From Chlorobiota bacterium (GTDB taxonomy: Bacteria; Bacteroidota; Chlorobiia; Chlorobiales; Chlorobiaceae): a stretch of 32,000 nt of DNA. Under the pieces are notes generated by a model, which was not told the origin of the DNA, searched no databases, and saw nothing but the letters and a program-made list of their open reading frames with translations. Location: positions 106,762 through 138,761 of the forward strand of contig VGGK01000001.1 of the NCBI GenBank assembly GCA_016868665.1. The letters run 5' to 3'. A program made the translations under genes and the position numbers. This document shows positions 28,391 through 32,000 of the stretch, one piece after another (the stretch's first letter is position 1; every line of letters begins with the position of its first letter).

Positions 28391-28579
28391 ATGTCATTGC
28401 AAATCACAGATGCATGCACCTACTGCGCAGCATGCGAATCCGAATGTCCCGTCAACGCGATCTCGGCCGGGGACGATATCTATGTTATCGATGCGGCAAC
28501 ATGCACCGAGTGTGAAGGATTTGCCGATTCACCCGCATGCGTGGCTGTATGCCCGGCAGAATGCATCGTACAGGCATGA
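28391..28579 (+). CDS. Chlorobial-type 2[4Fe-4S] ferredoxin
   Basis: CTYCAACESECP and CTECEGFADSPACVAVCP (second cluster with 8-residue spacing). Confidence 0.93.
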   Translation: MSLQITDACTYCAACESECPVNAISAGDDIYVIDAATCTECEGFADSPACVAVCPAECIVQA

Positions 28580-28655
28580 ACCACAGCGGCGGGAGAGCCG
28601 AACAGCTTTCCAGCCATCGAGCTCTCTCGCCGTCCAACCTGAAAAAGCTGTGCCG

Positions 28656-29591
28656 TTACCGGATAGACTCCAGAAAACGTTCCGCATCGACTGCTGCCAT
28701 GCATCCTGAACCGACTGCTGTCACAGCCTGGCGGTAGGTGTAATCCTGCACGTCGCCGCAAGCAAAAACGCCAGGAACACTGGTAGCTGTCGAGGATTTT
28801 TTCGTTTCGATATAACCGTAATCGTCAAGAGAGAGCTGGCCTTTGAAAAGACCGGCATTCGGCTCGTGACCGATCGCCATGAATACACCCTCGCAATCGT
28901 GTTCGCTCAGTTCTCCTGTTCGGACATCTTTCAGCCTGATTCCGGTAACCTTGATTCCGTCACCAAGTATCTCATCGACGACGGCATTCAGAACAGTGCT
29001 TATTTTCGGATTCTTGCTCGCCCTGAGGCTCATGATTTTCGATGCGCGGAACTCGTCCCTCCTGTGTACAAGTGTCACCTCGGAAGCGAATCTTGTGAGA
29101 TAGAGGGCTTCTTCCATGGCCGTATCGCCACCACCGATCACAAATACCCGGCTATCCTTGAAAAAAAAGCCGTCGCAGGTAGCGCAGGCAGATACGCCCT
29201 TTCCCCTGTAACGATTTTCAGACTCGATACCGAGCCATTTCGCATTGGCGCCTGTCGCGATAATAAGGGAACGGGCAAAAATCTCCCGACCGTCATCCAG
29301 AACAAGCGAAAACGGGCTTCGTGACAGGTCGGCTTCCATAACACTTCCATAGACAAATTCGGCATTGAACCGCTCTGCCTGCCGACGCATTCTCGACATG
29401 AGCTCAGGACCGTTTATGCCTTCCGGAAAACCAGGAAAGTTCTCGATATCGGTGGTTATCATGAGCTGGCCGCCCGGCTGCATACCCTCGATGACAAGAG
29501 GTCCGAGGTTGGCCCTGCCGGTATAGATAGCCGCAGTATACCCCGCAGGACCGGTTCCGATGATGACCACATCCCGAATTTCCTTTTCCAT
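28656..29591 (-). CDS. trxB: Thioredoxin-disulfide reductase
   Basis: [76 protein letters not shown]. Confidence 0.96.
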   Translation of the reverse strand: MEKEIRDVVIIGTGPAGYTAAIYTGRANLGPLVIEGMQPGGQLMITTDIENFPGFPEGINGPELMSRMRRQAERFNAEFVYGSVMEADLSRSPFSLVLDDGREIFARSLIIATGANAKWLGIESENRYRGKGVSACATCDGFFFKDSRVFVIGGGDTAMEEALYLTRFASEVTLVHRRDEFRASKIMSLRASKNPKISTVLNAVVDEILGDGIKVTGIRLKDVRTGELSEHDCEGVFMAIGHEPNAGLFKGQLSLDDYGYIETKKSSTATSVPGVFACGDVQDYTYRQAVTAVGSGCMAAVDAERFLESIR

Positions 29592-29617
29592 AATAGGTAT
29601 ATATCAATGGCGTTGAT

Positions 29618-29647
29618 AAAAAAAATCCCGGCAGGAGGCTGCCGGGA
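29618..29647 (-). terminator. Rho-independent terminator downstream of trxA
   Basis: TCCCGGCAG (29626-29634) / CTGCCGGGA (29639-29647), followed by a U8 tract on the minus strand. Confidence 0.9.
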
Positions 29648-29668
29648 CGCATTGAAAGCTGTAAAGAA

Positions 29669-29998
29669 TCAACCGATATATTCGTCGATTTTTTTTGCAA
29701 TCATGTTTTTCGGCATCGCGCCGACCATCTGATCGACGACCTGACCGTTCTTGAATACCAGCATGGTAGGAATGCTGCGGATACCGTACTGGGCAGCAGT
29801 ATTGGGATTCTCATCGACATTCAGCTTGGCAACGACAGCCTTGCCTTCGTATTCGCCCGCAAGCTCTTCGATAACCGGACCAAGCATCATGCAGGGCCCA
29901 CACCATGCAGCCCAGAAATCGACAAGCGCGACCTTGTCGGATTCGAGAATCTCGGTCTTGAAATTCTGATCGGTAGCCGCAAGATATTTTCCGCTCAT
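29669..29998 (-). CDS. trxA: Thioredoxin
   Basis: VALVDFWAAWCGPCMMLGPVIEELA, IRSIPTMLVFKNGQVVDQMVGA. Confidence 0.96.
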   Translation of the reverse strand: MSGKYLAATDQNFKTEILESDKVALVDFWAAWCGPCMMLGPVIEELAGEYEGKAVVAKLNVDENPNTAAQYGIRSIPTMLVFKNGQVVDQMVGAMPKNMIAKKIDEYIG

Positions 29999-30138
29999 TG
30001 TAATGTTCAGTTTTATGTGAAAGTATTATCTAAACTCTATAGCAATACAAGCAACAAGTTATAAAACTAACCAAAAAAAACAAGGCGGGCCGAAAAAACC
30101 TTACTGAAGAGGAGCCTCTGAACGTCGCACAGCATACC

Positions 30139-32000
30139 TCAGCCCGAAATTCTCACATTGTCCGGCCCGAGTATGTCCTCGAGTTTTTCAATCGTCGCTT
30201 CCGCAGCATCCAGGGGGGTCCCGCGCGCAAACAATTTCATCATCTCGATATTTCCGTCGCTCTGCACCATCACCTCGAAATCGACCGGCACCGCTCCCCG
30301 ATGCGCATCGAATACCTTTTTCAGCTCATCAAGCCTTTCCAGCTGCCCCTCCTCATCAGCATCAACCTTCAGAATGATCTTGCGAACCAGACTGCTTCGA
30401 ACCTTTTTGACCGGAATGACCTCCTTGACAAGCAGTTTGAGCATACCGCCGCCAACCTCCGCTTCTGCAACAAGCATAACGACCTCCTCAGGCTTGAGCA
30501 GATACCCGTACTGTTCATAGACGCTTGCAAAAACGGTAAAATCCGCCTTGCCGGTAAAATCCTCCAAAGCCCCGAAGAGCATTGATTTACCCTTCCGATC
30601 CTGGTGAGGCTTGACGGAAACTATGACGCCGATGACCTTGTACTGCCTCGAAGGGGTCACCTCCTTGGCATTGAGATGCAGCGTAGCGAAAGCCTCCCAA
30701 TCTCTCCGATAGGGCGAAAGCGGATGGCGGCTGAGATAAAATCCGACCAGCTTCTTTTCCTGAAGAAGTTTCTCCGATTCCGGCATGGGATCGGCCGGAT
30801 CGAGATCGGGATAGTGCACATCATCGGTTCCCTCGCCGGATTCAGAGGTAAAGAATCCGCACTGACCGAGCGTAACCGACCGGTTCTGCATTTGCCCGAA
30901 CCTGATAGCCTTGTCCACGTTTGCCAGCAGCCTTGCCCGGTTGGAATCAAGTTCATCGAGCGCTCCGGCAAGGATCAGGCATTCGAGTGCCTTGCGGTTC
31001 ATGACACGCAGATCGACAGAGGCCGTAACATCGAACAGATTCAGGTAATCCCGTTTTTTTCGCATCCGTGAAGTGACAATAGCCCGCGCAGCACCGCCAA
31101 CCTGCTTGATCGCGCTCAGTCCGACCCGGATAAAGGGCTTGCCCCGGAGATCCTCGATTGCAAAAAGCGTATCGCTCTTATTGACCGAAGGAGGCAGTGT
31201 CATGATTCCGAAACTCTTTGCCTCGTCAGTCAGATGCTTCATGCGATCGGTATCTCCGATCTCGCTGTTGAGAATCGCGGTCATGAACTCGGCGGTATAG
31301 TGCGCCTTGAGGTACCCCGTCCAGTAAGCCAGCACGCCGTATGCCGCCGAATGGCTTTTATTGAATCCGTAACCGGCAAATTCAGCCATCAGCTCGAACA
31401 CTCTGGTAGCGAGAGTATCGTGAACTCCCTGTGCGACAGCACCGCTGACGAAATCGGCCTTGAACTGCTCCATGATTTCAGGCATCTTCTTGCCCATTGC
31501 CTTGCGGAGGTTATCGGCTTTGGCCATGGAGAATCCCCCCATGACCTGGGAAATCTGCATAACCTGCTCCTGATAGACAATGACGCCATAGGTCTCCTTG
31601 AGAATCCATTCGAGCATTGGATGCATATAGTCTAAAGCCTCCCGCCCATGCTTGCGATCGACGAAAAGGTCAACGGCATTGCGATGCTCGTCAATTCTTG
31701 CATTGAGCGCACCGGGACGATACAGCGCGCTCATAGCGATGATATCTCCAATCTGCGTAGGCTGCAGACGGGTCATGTAGCTCTGCATGCCGGACGATTC
31801 AAACTGGAAAATGCCGGCCATCTTGCCCTCCTGAAAAATGCGGAAGGTCTTCCTGTCGTTCATCGGCACCTTTTCAAGGTCGATATCGACGTTATGCCTT
31901 TTTCTGATAAGATGCAGCGTCTCGTCGATCACGGCAAGCGTCTCAAGACCGAGATAATCGATTTTCAGAAGGCCGGCAGTCTCGATCCAGTTCTTGTCGA
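30139..32000 (-). CDS. dnaE: DNA polymerase III alpha subunit, C-terminal portion (5' end lies beyond window)
   Basis: LLKIDYLGLKTL at the window edge, GIFQFESSGMQSYMTRLQP, GVIVYQEQVMQISQVMGGFSMAKADNLRKAMGKK, FNKSHSAAYGVLAYWTGYLKAHYTAEFMTA, YPLSPYRRDW. Confidence 0.96.
   Translation of the reverse strand, partial: DKNWIETAGLLKIDYLGLETLAVIDETLHLIRKRHNVDIDLEKVPMNDRKTFRIFQEGKMAGIFQFESSGMQSYMTRLQPTQIGDIIAMSALYRPGALNARIDEHRNAVDLFVDRKHGREALDYMHPMLEWILKETYGVIVYQEQVMQISQVMGGFSMAKADNLRKAMGKKMPEIMEQFKADFVSGAVAQGVHDTLATRVFELMAEFAGYGFNKSHSAAYGVLAYWTGYLKAHYTAEFMTAILNSEIGDTDRMKHLTDEAKSFGIMTLPPSVNKSDTLFAIEDLRGKPFIRVGLSAIKQVGGAARAIVTSRMRKKRDYLNLFDVTASVDLRVMNRKALECLILAGALDELDSNRARLLANVDKAIRFGQMQNRSVTLGQCGFFTSESGEGTDDVHYPDLDPADPMPESEKLLQEKKLVGFYLSRHPLSPYRRDWEAFATLHLNAKEVTPSRQYKVIGVIVSVKPHQDRKGKSMLFGALEDFTGKADFTVFASVYEQYGYLLKPEEVVMLVAEAEVGGGMLKLLVKEVIPVKKVRSSLVRKIILKVDADEEGQLERLDELKKVFDAHRGAVPVDFEVMVQSDGNIEMMKLFARGTPLDAAEATIEKLEDILGPDNVRISG

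Noticed and set aside
1-32000. Possible CRISPR array, prophage or IS element
   Set aside because: I found no regularly spaced direct repeats, transposase/integrase-like or phage structural proteins by reading the sequence and ORF track

Overview
Chromosomal housekeeping window, roughly 53% GC by eye. It most likely comes from a green sulfur bacterium (Chlorobi), based on a Chlorobium-style 2[4Fe-4S] ferredoxin and the overall protein content. I saw no rRNA, CRISPR array, IS element or prophage. Supported content, left to right: NuoA (partial, minus); a minus-strand overlapping cluster of a small TM protein, a TPR protein, a ferrochelatase-like protein and a degenerate PAP2-like membrane protein; two tandem tRNA-Leu genes (UAG, CAA); HIT hydrolase; methyltransferase; TolC-like protein; RarA; riboflavin synthase; GH13 amylase; thiol peroxidase; L,D-transpeptidase; DoxX; RibD; a dCMP-deaminase-like protein; NFACT/RqcH-like protein; thioesterase; methyltransferase; HAD phosphatase; PAP2 phosphatase; a convergent pair of an HD + C-terminal TM protein resembling Pycsar effectors and a membrane-anchored class III nucleotide cyclase; an outer-membrane/phosphoesterase cluster (Omp85-like barrel with a kinase-like N-terminal region, SdiA-regulated-like propeller, metallophosphoesterase); a TrmH-like methyltransferase; ferredoxin; TrxB; TrxA; and the C-terminal part of DnaE. 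The strongest candidate for a poorly described system is the tail-to-tail cyclase / HD-TM pair at 19245-21618. The second is the kinase-like + beta-barrel protein with its phosphoesterase partners at 21805-26758.
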